A stretch of DNA of 63,993 nt, the filler included, from Basidioascus undulatus (Eukaryota), in NCBI GenBank assembly GCA_000826855.1. It is 6 parts of 6 records of this genome, joined end to end, with 100 filler letters (N's around TTAATTAATTAA, not from the genome) between each part and the next. Parts side by side here need not be neighbours in the genome. Positions count along the whole stretch, not along the records: positions 43,319 to 54,033 come from JTLS01001097.1; positions 54,134 to 63,993 come from JTLS01001205.1; 4 more parts are not named here. The stretch is one strand, 5' to 3'. Each line of letters begins with the position of its first letter. Positions within the stretch are counted from its first letter, which is position 1. Positions 50,078 to 62,900 of the stretch are shown here, piece by piece. The notes under the pieces were generated by a model, which saw only the letters and a program-made list of their open reading frames with translations, was not told where the DNA came from and did not search any database. A program made the position numbers and the translations under genes.

Positions 50078-51228
50078 CTAGATATGCTTCAGGGCGTAAA
50101 CATGATAGGCGCCTGCGTAAGGGCTGCTCAGGATGCCTGTCTTCATTGACTGAGGAAGCAGAGCGTACCAACAAACTCGTTCAAGTCGTACTTCTTCAAG
50201 TGCGCAGACACACCTCCGCGTGCCCGTTCTGGAGTTTTTCCGACATCCTCCTCGTTGCCCCTGTTGCAGCACGCCAACTTGGAGCTCTGCTCCGTGCTCC
50301 TCCAGATGTTCAAGTCGGCGCCTGTTGGCAAAATCGAGATATCTGCGAAACGTCATGTCAGAACATATCGTCTTTGGACTGAGCACCTGGCGGCAAAGAT
50401 ACCTTCGAATCCAGCTTTGCGCAGCATCTCCTCCATGAAGCGAACTTCCACTGTCCCAGCTACACAGCCGATCCAGCTCGCAGCGTCCTGCCGCACGTCT
50501 TCGGGCACGTCGCCCTTGGCCAGGATGTCGCTTATAGCGACACGTCCCCCGGGCTTCAGGACACGGTGCATCTCGTTCACCACCTTCTGCTTTTCCTCTG
50601 ACAGAACGAGGTTGAGGACGCAGTTCGAGATGATGCAGTCGACCGAGCCGTCGGCGAGCGGGAGCTCGGCAATGGACGCGAGGTGAAACTCCGCGTTTTG
50701 AAGCCCACGCTTCGCTGCGTTGCGCCGAGCGAGGTCGACCATCTCCTACACGACAAGTGCAATGTATAAGTTATATTTTGCTGTCGTCTGGCGCATGGAC
50801 GCACGCACCTCTGTCATGTCTACCCCGATCGCCTTTCCAGTCGGTCCGACCTTCTCGGCCGCGAGGAAGATGTCGAGTCCTCCGCCGCTGCCCAAATCGA
50901 CAACGACCTCGCCCTGGTCAAAAACAAAACAGAATGTTAGAAGGTCTAGTAAGGTAGCCATCCAGAGAAAGTGAAGCACCGCTCGGAGTTTCGCCGTCGC
51001 GGTGGGGTTCCCGCAGCCGAGGCCGAGATTGCTCCCTTCGATCAGGTCTTCCGCAGCGTAGCCGAAAGACTGCGCGATACGAGAGAATGCAGAGGAGTCC
51101 GAGCTCGAAAGGGCGCTGGACGCGGCAGCGGCAGCACCGTATCGCTCCCGAACCAGTGCCTGCACGCCAGTCGGAGGCGGAACCGCGCAGCTCGCTCCGC
51201 AACACAGTTTACCAGCGCAGGTAGCCAT
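50078..51228 (-). CDS. arsM: Arsenite S-adenosylmethionine methyltransferase (ArsM/AS3MT family)
   Basis: [75 protein letters not shown]; four GT-AG introns. Confidence 0.9.
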
Positions 51229-51634
51229 TTTCGTGATTGATATACTCGATTAGGGGAGTAATGAATTGGAGGTTCGTGAGAAAAATGCGGAATGAGGTAC
51301 AGTGCTGGGTGATGGTCGGTGTGAACGGGCTGCTTCATTCAGTGCCACCTAAATACTGACCTTTTCACACTTGGGGCGCGTGACCACGGAATATCGGGCT
51401 TCGTCAGCACTTTCATAATCGGGAACAAGTTCTCCCACAGCGACGCCGCTCAAATGACTTTCGAGGCACGCAAGCTTCAGTAAAGTAAGCGATCGAATAT
51501 CAGACCCCCTCCCCTACTTGGGGGGGCTTGCCCCTCTCTGACTTGCCGCTGCGAACAAGCGCAATGAACCCAGTATGCATCAGAAGAGCAGGCACCCCAG
51601 CGCGTACGAAATGCAGCAAATAAATGCGCTAAAA

Positions 51635-54033
51635 TCATGATCTCCAGTATTGAGCGATACTGCGACCGAGCGAAAGTCGTCGATGTCAGAGACGGAGATT
51701 CAACGAGAGTAAAGGTGAATCACGCACTCGTGTATCCGGTCGAACACCGCGCTGAGATACGAAGTCTCGTTCAAGAGCGTCTCGAACGCCTTAATCGCCT
51801 CCTCCTCGCTCAAGTCCAACCTGAACTTCTCCTGGACCTGCACGTGCGAAGCCTCTTCTCAGCTCAACGCTTACAAACCTACCTCCGCCCGCCGCTGCTG
51901 TTCAGACGCACCTTCATGACGGCCTTGTCCGGCTCGAGCTTGATGTCAGGGATGTCCGCCTCGGACATGAGCGCAACGAGGTTGAGGATGAGGTTCGCGT
52001 TCTTGCGCAGACTCGTGAAGGCCGTGTAACACAGGCTCTTGAAGCGGTTGTAATGCGGCGACCCCGGCCCACCCATCGCGTCGACCATCTCCTTGCAGAC
52101 CTTTACGGGGGGAGGGAACGGCTTGGGGTCGCGGCCGAGGATGTAGCCGAAGTCGACTGTGGGAGAGGTCGAGTAAGGTGAGCCGAAGTGAGTGTGTCTC
52201 GCAAAAGCAAAGCGACGAACCGTGGAAGAAGTGGCCTGCAGGAATCGACTAAGTGAGCTAATAGCGCTGAGGGTCGCGACGTTCTTGAACGCACCGTCTG
52301 GAGAAAGCAACAGGTTGTCCAGATGGCGATCGCCCACACCAAGCAGGTAGGTCACAACGCAGTAGCCGGCTGAGAGTCGACGGAAAGCTCAGCGTGTCCG
52401 TGGTGCAGTTACGGGACTGAACAAAGTAGACGCCGCACGCACCGCAACTCCTCACGAACGTATCCAGTACGCTCGGTTCAACGCCAAAGGTCACGGGGCT
52501 GTCCTCGTTCGGATAGCTCGCGCGCATGTACGCGAGCAAGCTCCCGTGCTCGCTCACGATAGCCGCGAGGGTCTTACTCGGCACGAACTGGACCATTCCG
52601 GCAGAGGCGTCGGTCGCGAGGACGCGGTAGGGCATGAGGCGGAGGTCGAGGTTCTCCTTCCTGAGCAGGCGGTCCATGAGCGTGAAGAGCTGTATGACGA
52701 GCTGGTCCTGGCGGAGGTCGTCGCCGTTCTTGAAGATGAGCGGGTAGTGCCCGCTCTCGCCCCGGTCGCCCTCGGTACGGAAGTAGAGCAGGAGCGGGTA
52801 GAGGTTCGATTTGAAGACGGACGAGCGCTCGGCGTCGATGCCCGTGATCGTGACGCGCGCGTCGAGCGGGAGCGGCATCGGCGCGAAGGACGAGAGGCAG
52901 TTCTTCGAGTCCGAGATGAACCCGCGCAGCTTCTCGATCTTCTTTGGCCGCGCGTCCTTCGACGCACGCAGCTCCTTTGCGCGCTTGTTGAGAGTCTCGA
53001 CGAGCTCCGCTTGCCGGCGGAGGACATCCCGACGCTCGGCGCCGTTTTCGCTCTGTCGAGAACAGTCAAATGAGCTTGCGAGGCAACAACGAGAAGATCT
53101 CCAAGCGCACCTCCATCAACCGCTGCATGAACTTGTGCGCCACCTTGGCGAACATCCGCCCCACGACGCGGTCGCCGCACTCGACCATGAGGTACCAGTA
53201 GAAGCTGTTGCCGAGCACGGGATTGCGCACCGCGCGTGAGATGAGGAGGTCCGCGAGGCCCGAGTCGTTGTGCGCCGGCGAAGGCGGAGCGCGTGACGAG
53301 CGCGCCGGCGCGACGGGCTCGAACTTGAGCGCTTGGACGAGTTGGAGCAGGTAGAGGATGAGCTCCTGCACGTCCCGCGCGAAGTGAGCACACTGCCTCG
53401 CTGGAGAACAAAGAAGGACTGGACTCACCTCGTCGTCCGCCCTACCCAGCAGTCGCACGGCATACGCTCGCACGCGGCCGTCGGGAAAGCCCGGTCCGAG
53501 CAGCTCAAGCGCATCGTCGACCTCGGGGTCGGTCCAGATAGGGAGAAGGATCTCGGTGGCCTGCTTGACCTCTGCAGGGTCCGTCCACTCGACGCTCTTG
53601 AGAAACTTGGTGAGCGCGCGCTTGTCGCGCGTGAGGTAGAACCGGAACTTCCAGACGAGGTCCTTCTCGGCTGGCGTGAGGGGTTGTGTTGGCGGGTAGG
53701 AGACAATGGCCTGCGAACCCGGCGTGAGCAGCTAGATTTCGGGTGAGAAAGCAGGTGGAGGAACTCACGTTCAGCTCGTCCCGCAGCTTCGCGTTCGGCT
53801 TCAGCTCTCTATCGAGCGGGCCCGAGCGATGGCTCCGCACGAGGCGGCGATGCTTCGCCTCGACCGGGTTCTCGCGCGGCATGTCCGGGTCGACGATCGT
53901 GAACGCGAAAGCCTCGGAGGAGGGGACGGTGTTGGAGACGGTGCTTGGAGATGGCATAGAGATGGGCACGCTTACGGGAAAGGGCGATGAGGGGGTATGG
54001 GATGGACGTGAGTCGCGAGAGAGCGGTGCGGGA
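51635..54033 (-). CDS. VPS34: Class III phosphatidylinositol 3-kinase, 3' portion
   Basis: [89 protein letters not shown]-terminal AQYWRS*. Confidence 0.97.
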
Positions 54034-54133
54034 NNNNNNNNNNNNNNNNNNNNNNNNNNNNNNNNNNNNNNNNNNNNTTAATTAATTAANNNNNNNNNNN
54101 NNNNNNNNNNNNNNNNNNNNNNNNNNNNNNNNN
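54034..54133. other. Artificial contig linker
   Basis: N44-TTAATTAATTAA-N44. Confidence 0.98.
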
Positions 54134-57100
54134 CATGTCCACCAAGACTGGTGCGTGCGCTCTCCCTCCCACCCTCAGCTTCCCCTCTTCCACCTCTCCC
54201 CTCTCCTCCGCCACCACCTCCAACGGCACCCTGCCCACCCTCCACGGCGCCGACACCCTCTCCTCATCTTCCGCCACCCTCTCCGAGAACTTCTCCCGCC
54301 TCCTCGCGCGCGTCGCGGCAGATACGTTCGAGGGCCAGATCGTCACGTCCTCCCTCGTCGTCTGCTTCGTCGCCGCGTTCCTCCTGCGCGAGTGGGCGCT
54401 GCAGCAGGGCCAGCCCGAAGGGGAGGCTGTCGCCGCAGCAGATGTGGACGCACTCGCCCCTGCTCCTCCCGCACCGGGACCGGGACTGGAACCCGCACCC
54501 GCACCCGCCGCCCGACTCATAGCGAACCTGCCTGCCCCTGCGCCCCTCGCCGAGCCCGAGCAGCAGCAACCCCACCCGCCGGCCGCACCACCACCAGCGG
54601 ACGACCTCCCGCTCGACCTCGTGTCCCTCCGCGCGCGCCGCCTCGCCGCGCTTGAGCGGTACCACGAGTCGGCCTCAGGCGAGCTGGAGCCCGAGCCGTC
54701 CGCCAAGCGGGGCATCTCCGGCTCGCCGCCCTCTCACCAGCGCGCGAGCTTCGCGGCGTCCACCCCGCCGCAGGACTTCGCGTTCACGTTCAAAGTTGAC
54801 CTGCCACCTACCCCGCCTACAGGGGCGGCAGCGCTGCCTGCCTCCAGCCCGGGCGACGAACCCCCCGCGGGGGGAGAGCGCGCTTTCTCGTTCAACGTCG
54901 GCCACATGTCCACGTCAGCGCCGCCTGCCCCTACCCTGCGCTTCTCACCCCCCGCAAAGGACTTTGCGTTCTCGTTCAAAGTCGACCACTCTACCACGCC
55001 GGCGCCCGCCGCGAGCCCGCACACGCCCCTCATCTTCCTCCCCCCGCCAAGGGACGCCGGCGAAGGCAGCAGCACCGGCGTGGGGACGTCGGGCTGGCAG
55101 CCTGGAACGCCCTTGCCGAACGCGCACGCGGATGGCTCGCCGACGGGCCAGCGGAAATTAGAGCTGATGAGGGGCGCGGACCCGCAGAGCGTACGGGAGG
55201 AGTTGGACGCTGCGGAGAGGAGATGGGAGGGGAAGGGGAAGGGGAAGGAGCCGGATGGTGCAGACGAGGCTGGCACTGAGGAGGTTCCCGGGGGTTACCC
55301 TCTGGCGACACCCTCGCTGTCCGGCCTCGGCGGACATGAGGAGGCGCCCTCGTCGAGCGGGCGCCCACTCCAACCGCCGCCGCCCGCGCCCGGACCGGAC
55401 GATGCTCCCCCGCCGCCCGCACCCGCACCCACGCCGATACCACCCGCGGCGGACCTCCCGCAGCCGCCGCCGCTGCCGGCTGCGGAGGAGATGCCGGCTC
55501 TGGAGCCGGTGGGCGGCGGAGGCGGAGGGGAGAACGCGGAGGGGGACGGGGAGCTGGTAGAGGAGGAGGCGGAGGACTTTGGGGGGATGGAGGATGAGCT
55601 GGAGGGGATTCTGGAAGGTGCGTCCTGAAAGGACGTTGGGGCTGAGCAGGGAAGGGTTGGGCGCTGAGAGATTGTGCGGCGGGTAGCGATCGGCATGAGG
55701 GGCCCGCTGTTGATGCTGCTGCAGAACGTGAGTCTTGTCCTGTGGTTAGGATGGAGAGAGTGGGAGGGGGGTATAGGGGTGCTGATTGATGTTGGGATTC
55801 CAGTGCGCACTCATGGTCCTCCTCCTGTTTCTCCTCATCGGCTGCTTCGTCTTCCTGCCATTTGTGGTCGGAAAGGTGCGCCAACATCTCACTGCGGTCT
55901 TTACCGATCTTGCATTGACGCCCTGCTTGCCTTGAAGACATTCGCGCAAATGCACCCACTCGTATGTCATTTCTTCCCGGATCATCTGAATTCTCTAGCT
56001 GATTCGGCCATCTCCGCAGGACGCCCTCCTCCTTCCCGTCCGCCTCGTCCGCATCTTCACCGACCCGATCCTCGACCTCGTCTCGCTCCTCACGACCGAG
56101 TTCCTCCTCCCTCGCCTCACCGCGTACTTCGCGCGCTTCCGTCCGCTCTCGTTGCCACCGGTCGAGGAGGTGCTGGATACCCGGGGAGTGCTGAGCGTCT
56201 GGGCACTGAAGACGCTGCAGCGCGGGGAGCAGTGGTTCGCTTCCCGAGCAGCGGCGCTGGACCGCCGGGTCATCGAAGACGACTCGGCCCTCGCGCGGGC
56301 ATCGCTCGCCGTCCAGCGCTACATCGTCCGTCTCCACCTGTCGGCGATAACCTACCTCTCCAAACCCTTACTCCCTGTCTCCCCGCCCACCGCGGCTGCC
56401 CCTCCATCCTGTTTCGAACCCCTCCTCCGACACCTCAACACCCTCTACGTCCACCTCGAGCCGCACCTGCTCGCGCTCGCCGCGCGCGTACACGCGACCG
56501 ACCACCTCGCCGCGCTCGGCCGCACCGTCCGCCTGTCGTCCTACCAGCTGAAGGACGCCTACGTCTGGGCGCGCGAGCGTTGGTGGGCACTCGCAACGGG
56601 CGACGGGCCCGCCGAGCGCACCCTAGCCGTCGTCCTCGGCTACTCGATCGTCACCGCGCTCGCGGCGGTCTACCTCCATTTCTCGAGCTCGATGCAGAAC
56701 CTTACGGGCGTCGTTCGCGAGTGGATGAGGCAGCAGGTCATCCTCGTCAAGGTCAGGCCGCGCCCTTCACACAGCACAGCACAGTTCAGTGACAGGCGCG
56801 CAGTACTGACGCGAGAGGTAACACGGACGCAGATCTTCATGTTCTTCGTGAGCGAGCTCGTCGCGTTCCCCCTCATGTGCGGCATCCTCCTCGACCTCTG
56901 CAGCCTGCCGCTCTTCCCCAACGCGAACGTCTACACACGCCTGGCGTTCGCCATGACCTGGCCCTTAACCACGTTCTTCACCCGGTGGCTGATGGGCACG
57001 CTGCGTGCGTCCCGCTTCCCTTCGAACAATCAGTCCCATGGGTGCTCCCTACTGACCTGTCGGCTCCTTCCCCAGTCCTCTTCGTCGTTTCCATTATCGT

Positions 57101-59163
57101 CTCCGGCATCCGCCACATGCTGCGCAAAGGCGTCCTGTGGTTCATCCGGTCCATTCTCCCTCCACACCTTGAGCATCCCCTGCGTCCAGAAGCTGATCCG
57201 CCATGCCTTCTCAGGAACCCTGACGACCCGAACTTCGCGCCCCTGCGGGACGTCCTCGACCGGCCGGCGATGGTGCACATCCGCAAGATGGCCCTCAGCG
57301 GCGTCGTCTACGGCGCGTTCATCGTCCTCACCATCGGTCTCGGCGTCTTCGGCCTGCGTTACCTCTGCACGGGCGTCTTCCCGCTGCGGTGGAAGCTACG
57401 GTGCGTCGTTCTGATCTGATCCTGTGCAACTGCGCTTGTGGCTGGCTTGGCTGACGTCGCGTCGCGAGCAGCGAACCGCTCTCGGAAGTTCCGGTCGATC
57501 TTGTTGCTCTGCACTTTGTCTTGCCTTGGACCGTCCAGAAGATGCGACCTCGGCACCGCCTGAAGCAGTTGTACGCCTTGTCTCTCTTACGACGTTTCCA
57601 AACTGACACAGTTTGATGATCTTGCAGCTTTACGCACTGGTGGAAGCTCACCTCCGCGCAGCTGCGCCTGTCCTCCTTCATGTTCGGCGGGCGCTTCCCG
57701 CGCGAGGAGGGCACGCACGTGCGCAAGACGTGGGCTGCCAAGCTGCTGTTCAAGCGCGCGCCGACGTTCGGCCAGCAGTGCGCGAGCGCGAGCGCGAGCC
57801 GCAACGTTGAGTTCCGCCCCGACGGCGAGTGGCTCCGCGTGCCCGCGAGCGACAACGTCGCGTTCGAGCGCGCAAGGCCGATGAAGATGCTCGTCCGCGT
57901 CAACGAGAACGGCCAGCCCCTCACGGAGGAGGGCCGAAAGGCGATCGCGGCTCAGATACGCGAGGCGGAGCGCAGCGGGCGGAATGCGGCTGAGGAGTGC
58001 GCCTTTCTTTGCATGCTCGCTGCACGGTTTGTCGTTGAACGTCTTGCTCCGCAGTTTCTGCGTCGTCTACATCCCGCCTAACTTCAATAAGCGGGTGGGT
58101 GTGCCGTCTCATCAGTGTCGGTGGGCGTTCTAGCTGACCGCACACGACCTGCAGCTCTTCCTCTTGTTCTTCCACCTCTGGGTCACTACAGTTGCCGGCT
58201 CGATCCTCCTCATTGTTCCGCCGCTCATGGTGGGACGACACTACCTCGACCTCTACTTCGGCAAGCCCGTCCACGACGTCTACGCATGGACGGCAGGCTT
58301 CTACATGCTGCTCGTGGCCGGCGTCGTCGGCCACGAACTCGGCCGGCGCGTAGTGTTCCGCGACCCGCCGCGCCTCGCCGACGTCGCCTGGCTCGCCAAG
58401 CTCGCGTACTTCGCCCTCGCGCTCGGGGTCGTCCTCCCGACCTTGTTCGGCCTCCTCTTCCAGCTCACGTTCGTCCTCCCCACGCGCATCATCATCGAGG
58501 GCCCGTCCGCTGTGGCTCGCGCGCCTGCACGGCTCTATTTGGTGGAGAGTTGGGCGATCGGCCTGTTCGCTGGCCAGGTTGCCCTGCGCGTGAGCGAGTG
58601 CGCCGGCGGCTGGGTGTCGACGGGCATTGCTCAGGTGAGCGAGGGATTCCAGCTTTGTTCATGTGGTAATCTCTTATATTTTCTGCGTGTTCGGTAGATA
58701 AAGCAGAACGGCGTCGCGAACCCTGATGCAAAGCAAGCGTCGCGCGATGTCATCCTCCCCCTGACCGCCTACCTCCTCGCCGCGCTCGTCTTTCCCGCCC
58801 TGTTCGGCCAGGCGTTCGCGCACGCGAACTTCCGCCTGTTTGCTGCGGTCGGATTAGAGCAGCCCCTATCGATGTCTGACTTCTGTAAGTCGCATTCTTG
58901 TTCTTCGTTTCCCCCAGAGCATACGACTGACGTCGCCATCAGGCGTGCTAGCGTATCCCTGGGCTGTCGCAGTGTTTGTGGCGTACAAGCTCACGCCGCA
59001 TTTGGACGCAGTCGTGCGCTCATGGAGTACACACGTACGGGACGAGGTGCTTTCTTCTGCTTCAACTCTCCCTCCCGACTTGGCGGCGCAATGCTGATGC
59101 GCTGTGTACCGTTCCCAGGAGTTCCTTGTCGAGCGTCAGCTTCAGAACGCTGTGCTGGAGTAG
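54134..59163 (+). CDS. DOA10: ERAD E3 ubiquitin ligase Doa10/SSM4/MARCH6 (RING-containing 5' end is off-contig)
   Basis: DTFEGQIVTSSLVVCFVAAFLLREW, LEGILEAIGMRGPL, ELVAFPLMCGILLD, RKGVLWFIRNPDDPNF, LRLSSFMFG, RVPASDN, VYIP, VRDEEFLVERQLQN. Confidence 0.9.
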
Positions 59164-59970
59164 AGCTTTTGACGTTTGCGCATCGCATCTTTGGCCATAT
59201 ACCTGCTTGTTCCCTCTGTCGACCTGTCGTACGCCCATACGCATCTGTACTTCTTTGCCTCGCACATGCATTCCGCATCGACGCCGTGCTTCAGCTGCAT
59301 GTCGGCAAGCTCCCTTTCCCCTTAGCCTCTTTCTGCCAGCAGAGGTGTGAGCATTGCAACCATTGACATTCGAATATTCGAAGCGCAGTGCAGTACATAC
59401 AGGCCTGACACCCCTCGACAGCGCGGTGCAATGATGCTGCGAGCGGCGAGCCCACGTGGCCTTCTGATCTCGTGGACAATTCCACCAGATGCACTCAGTC
59501 ACAGACCACCAACCACTCATTTCATCCTTTGGCATGAAATACACTGAAGTACTCTCAGAGGCGTAGATTCTGTGGCATGTGAGAAGGTTCCGCGGGCTTC
59601 GCCGCACCGCGAGGCCGGTCCGCCTTGTCCGGCTGCTGCATTTCTCGTCGCCCTCTTGGTCTTGGGATGAAGTTCGATGGAGGATTGTGCACTTGTTGAA
59701 TGAGCGATGGTTACCTGAGTATATGGTGTGGATGAAAAAATGTGAACATGATTGTCGGATGATCGACGCCGGTCAACGCGGCGTTGATGGGGCACCTCGG
59801 GGGCACCAAGAAAACTCGAGGGGCACCGCACGATGTCGACGGAGGAAGATGGACCCACCTGACCTGTTCGTTCCTTGACTTCCAGGGTTTTCTTCATCTG
59901 CACCATCATCACGAATAGCGCTGCCATCTCAACGCCTACTCGTCGACGCCCCCAAGCGCGCAGGACCGAG

Positions 59971-62900
59971 ATGGACTCGTTCAGGATCATCATCGAAAAC
60001 CCAGGCGACCGAGCCTACGGCTCAAGTAAAAAGGCTCGCCTCGTCACAGGCACGCACAGCTTTATTTTCTTTCACGCCTTTCAATGAGCTTACACATGGG
60101 GATCCATCAGCGTGTAACTATTGGTATGCTCACTATGCTTACTCGCTTTGGACTTGACTGCGAGCGGCAGCTTACGTCTTCGGTGGACGTCGTTCAGTCG
60201 AGCGAAGAAGATGCGTTGCAGCAACGAATCTCATCCCTGCGAGACATGCAAAGCCGCCAACGGTGCGTATCATCCGCCGGATTTGATTGAAGTTACTGAC
60301 CCGCTTGATCTCACAGTACCATGTGTCTATCGCTCCACTGCCAAACCCGCAAGCCAGTCAACATCGACCGAGCCAGCAGGGCAGCAGCCACCTTCAGGTG
60401 TCTCCCAACTTATGCCCAAGCCTCGGCGCACTTTTGAATCGTCGACTACGCAACAAGTGATGTTCCCCCTTGTGCCGTTTTTCTTTCCGCTCACGATGTT
60501 TGTTCTCAGGTGAATCGCAAACGACCGCTCGACCCCCCACCCGAACGACCATCTCCGCCGAAGCCGATCTCTCCCTTTCGCCTGACCGCATCTCTTGCCG
60601 CGGCTGCGCGCCGCTTATCGAACGACGTTCAGGTATCCAATCTTCGCCGAGTGACCATCCCGTTCTTTCGCTACTTCGGTGCGCGCAAATGCGTCCCCCT
60701 GCTGAGAATAAAGCCAAGCTGACAGGATGTGGTCATGCGGAGTGCGTAGGCCCGACGGCCAATACCCCCGGTTACCGTCGCGTCCAGGTGAAGACTATCA
60801 CCCAAGATGGTAGCTCAACAACCAGCGGCAGTACGCCTACTTCTTCGGCCTCGCCAACAGCGTCTATCCCCGCAGACGCCCCTGTGGATGCGTCCCGACC
60901 TTCGTCGAATGCGCTCGCTCTCCACATCGTGGGAGAAGTCTCTGGCAGAGCCGCCCCTCTCTCTACACATCTCTTTGGAGAATCAGACACTCATCCGGAA
61001 TCCTCGCCATTACTAGCCGAGGGTGGCGAGGTCTTGGAGGCTGACCAACGCGTCCTGTTCGACCCCGAGAGGCCGCGCTATCCACATCACCAGTATCGTA
61101 CGCCGCTCGCTCACCGTTTCCGCATCTTTCGGAACCCAGCTGACTGGGTGGCCTGATGGTAGTGCCTCACCTCGTTCGCCTTTTCTTCGAGCACATGGCC
61201 TCTCATTTCCCCTTCCTCGACGAAGAGACGACGCTACGGGACGCCGAAGAGGGTCAGCTCCCTGCCATGCTTGCAAACGCAATTTGCGGCTGTTCAGCCC
61301 GGTAAGCAAGTGGCCAGAGCTGAGTGGTGAATGCTGGCTGCTCAATTCTTGCACGTGATGGCCAGGTTCTCTGACCGCGAGTCTCTGGTAAGAGACCCGC
61401 GTATATCGCAAGGGGAGCCTTTCACCGACATGGCGAAGGCGAGTATCCTTAGCTCTGCGTCCACCGATGACACTGGGTTGATAATAAGGGTAGCCTTTTC
61501 AGCTTCTCATCGTCAACCTGCTGTCGTGGCCATCGCTTGAAGTCGTGCAGGCTCTGATCTTGATTTCATACGCTGAGTGCGACGCAAAACCCTGCCATCC
61601 CTTGTCTTCCGGACTCACTGTCGTCGTTCAGATTTGGCTCCGGACGAGACTCTGGCTTGTGGATGTGGAGCCGAGTACGTCCTCCCTACGCACCCCATGC
61701 GTGCCGAGCCTGAGACCGCCTACATTACCCCTAGATGAGCGTGTCCATGTATGTTTCTGCGCTTATCCCCTAGATCAAACCCGAGCACTTACTCATGCTC
61801 CCATTTAGGGCGATGGACATCGGCTTGCACCGCGTACGATATCCTGTTCGGCTCTTGCTCGAGGTCAATGACCTCGACTGATCCTTCTTTCGCAGGAATC
61901 AACCATTCGCATGTCTGGAACTTCAGAGGAGCAAGAGCGGGTCCGGCAGGTGTGGTGGTCAGCTTTCATGATAGATCGGTAAGACCGCCAAAAATTTACT
62001 ACGATGCTCTCAGCTGATCCTCGAGGAACAGTATCAACTCTTGGGGGACGGTGCGTTGTTTTCACTGGGGAGCGCTCGTTCATGCTCAGTCGTTGTCTTC
62101 CAGGGTCGCCCGGTGGTCATCAACGACGCTGCGTTCGATGTCCAACTCCCTGCTACCGAGCTTCCGAGCACACCGGCGTATTCGCATCAGCTGCTGAATG
62201 CCCCCCAAATATCGGTCGACGATCGGTCCTTCATCTTCGCTTTTAACTGCCGCCTCATCATGCTTCGTACGAGCTCTTGTCTCTATCTCGCTCCGGGACC
62301 CGCTGAATACTGCCCTTCCCACATGCAGGAGGGCAGATATCCGAACTCATCAACAACGAAAGCTTTCAGAAGCCTGACAACTTCAGCTTCTTGCAAGCAC
62401 GCCTAGCGTGAGTTCTAGAGAACTGCTTTTCACAGACCGTTAATTGACCTGTGTTTCATCGTACAATTCCCAGAGCTTTGCAGGACGAGATGACGAGGTT
62501 CTACAAGGCAAGTACCCGAAGACTCTTCTTCGTGAGACATGCAGCTGATGCACGTCCCTTCCAGTCCCTGCCACCCTCCTTGCACTTTAATGTCCAAGTG
62601 AGTTATATAAATCTGCTCCAAGCCCCCATGCTTCGGACGGTGCTCAACTGGAGTTACAGAATTTCCGTGCTGCGGCACATGCGAACTCGTCGCCGTCATT
62701 CCTGCTTCTCCATCTCATGTCAGTCATCTTCCCCAGTGGGCTCCGGCCATGGATTTCTGATTACTGTCCCCTATGCAGGTTCCACTCCGTAATCACGCTC
62801 TTGCATCGGCCCGGCCTCCTCCAAACATTCACGCCGACGCTCTTACTGCCCTTCGAAAACAGCATCGAGCTGTCCCGCTCCGTACACCTGCGTTAGTGTT

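Noticed and set aside
45430..51228. Ferric reductase plus ArsM as a metal-detoxification cluster
   Set aside because: They are separated by an F-box pseudogene, the reductase appears disrupted, and no ACR3, ArsC or ArsH gene is present.
54086..56792. Long antisense and alternate-frame ORFs over GC-rich genes (e.g. 55030-56337 minus, 7125-7721 plus, 52554-53411 minus)
   Set aside because: Shadow ORFs produced by high GC3 codon usage in the real genes; no independent motifs.
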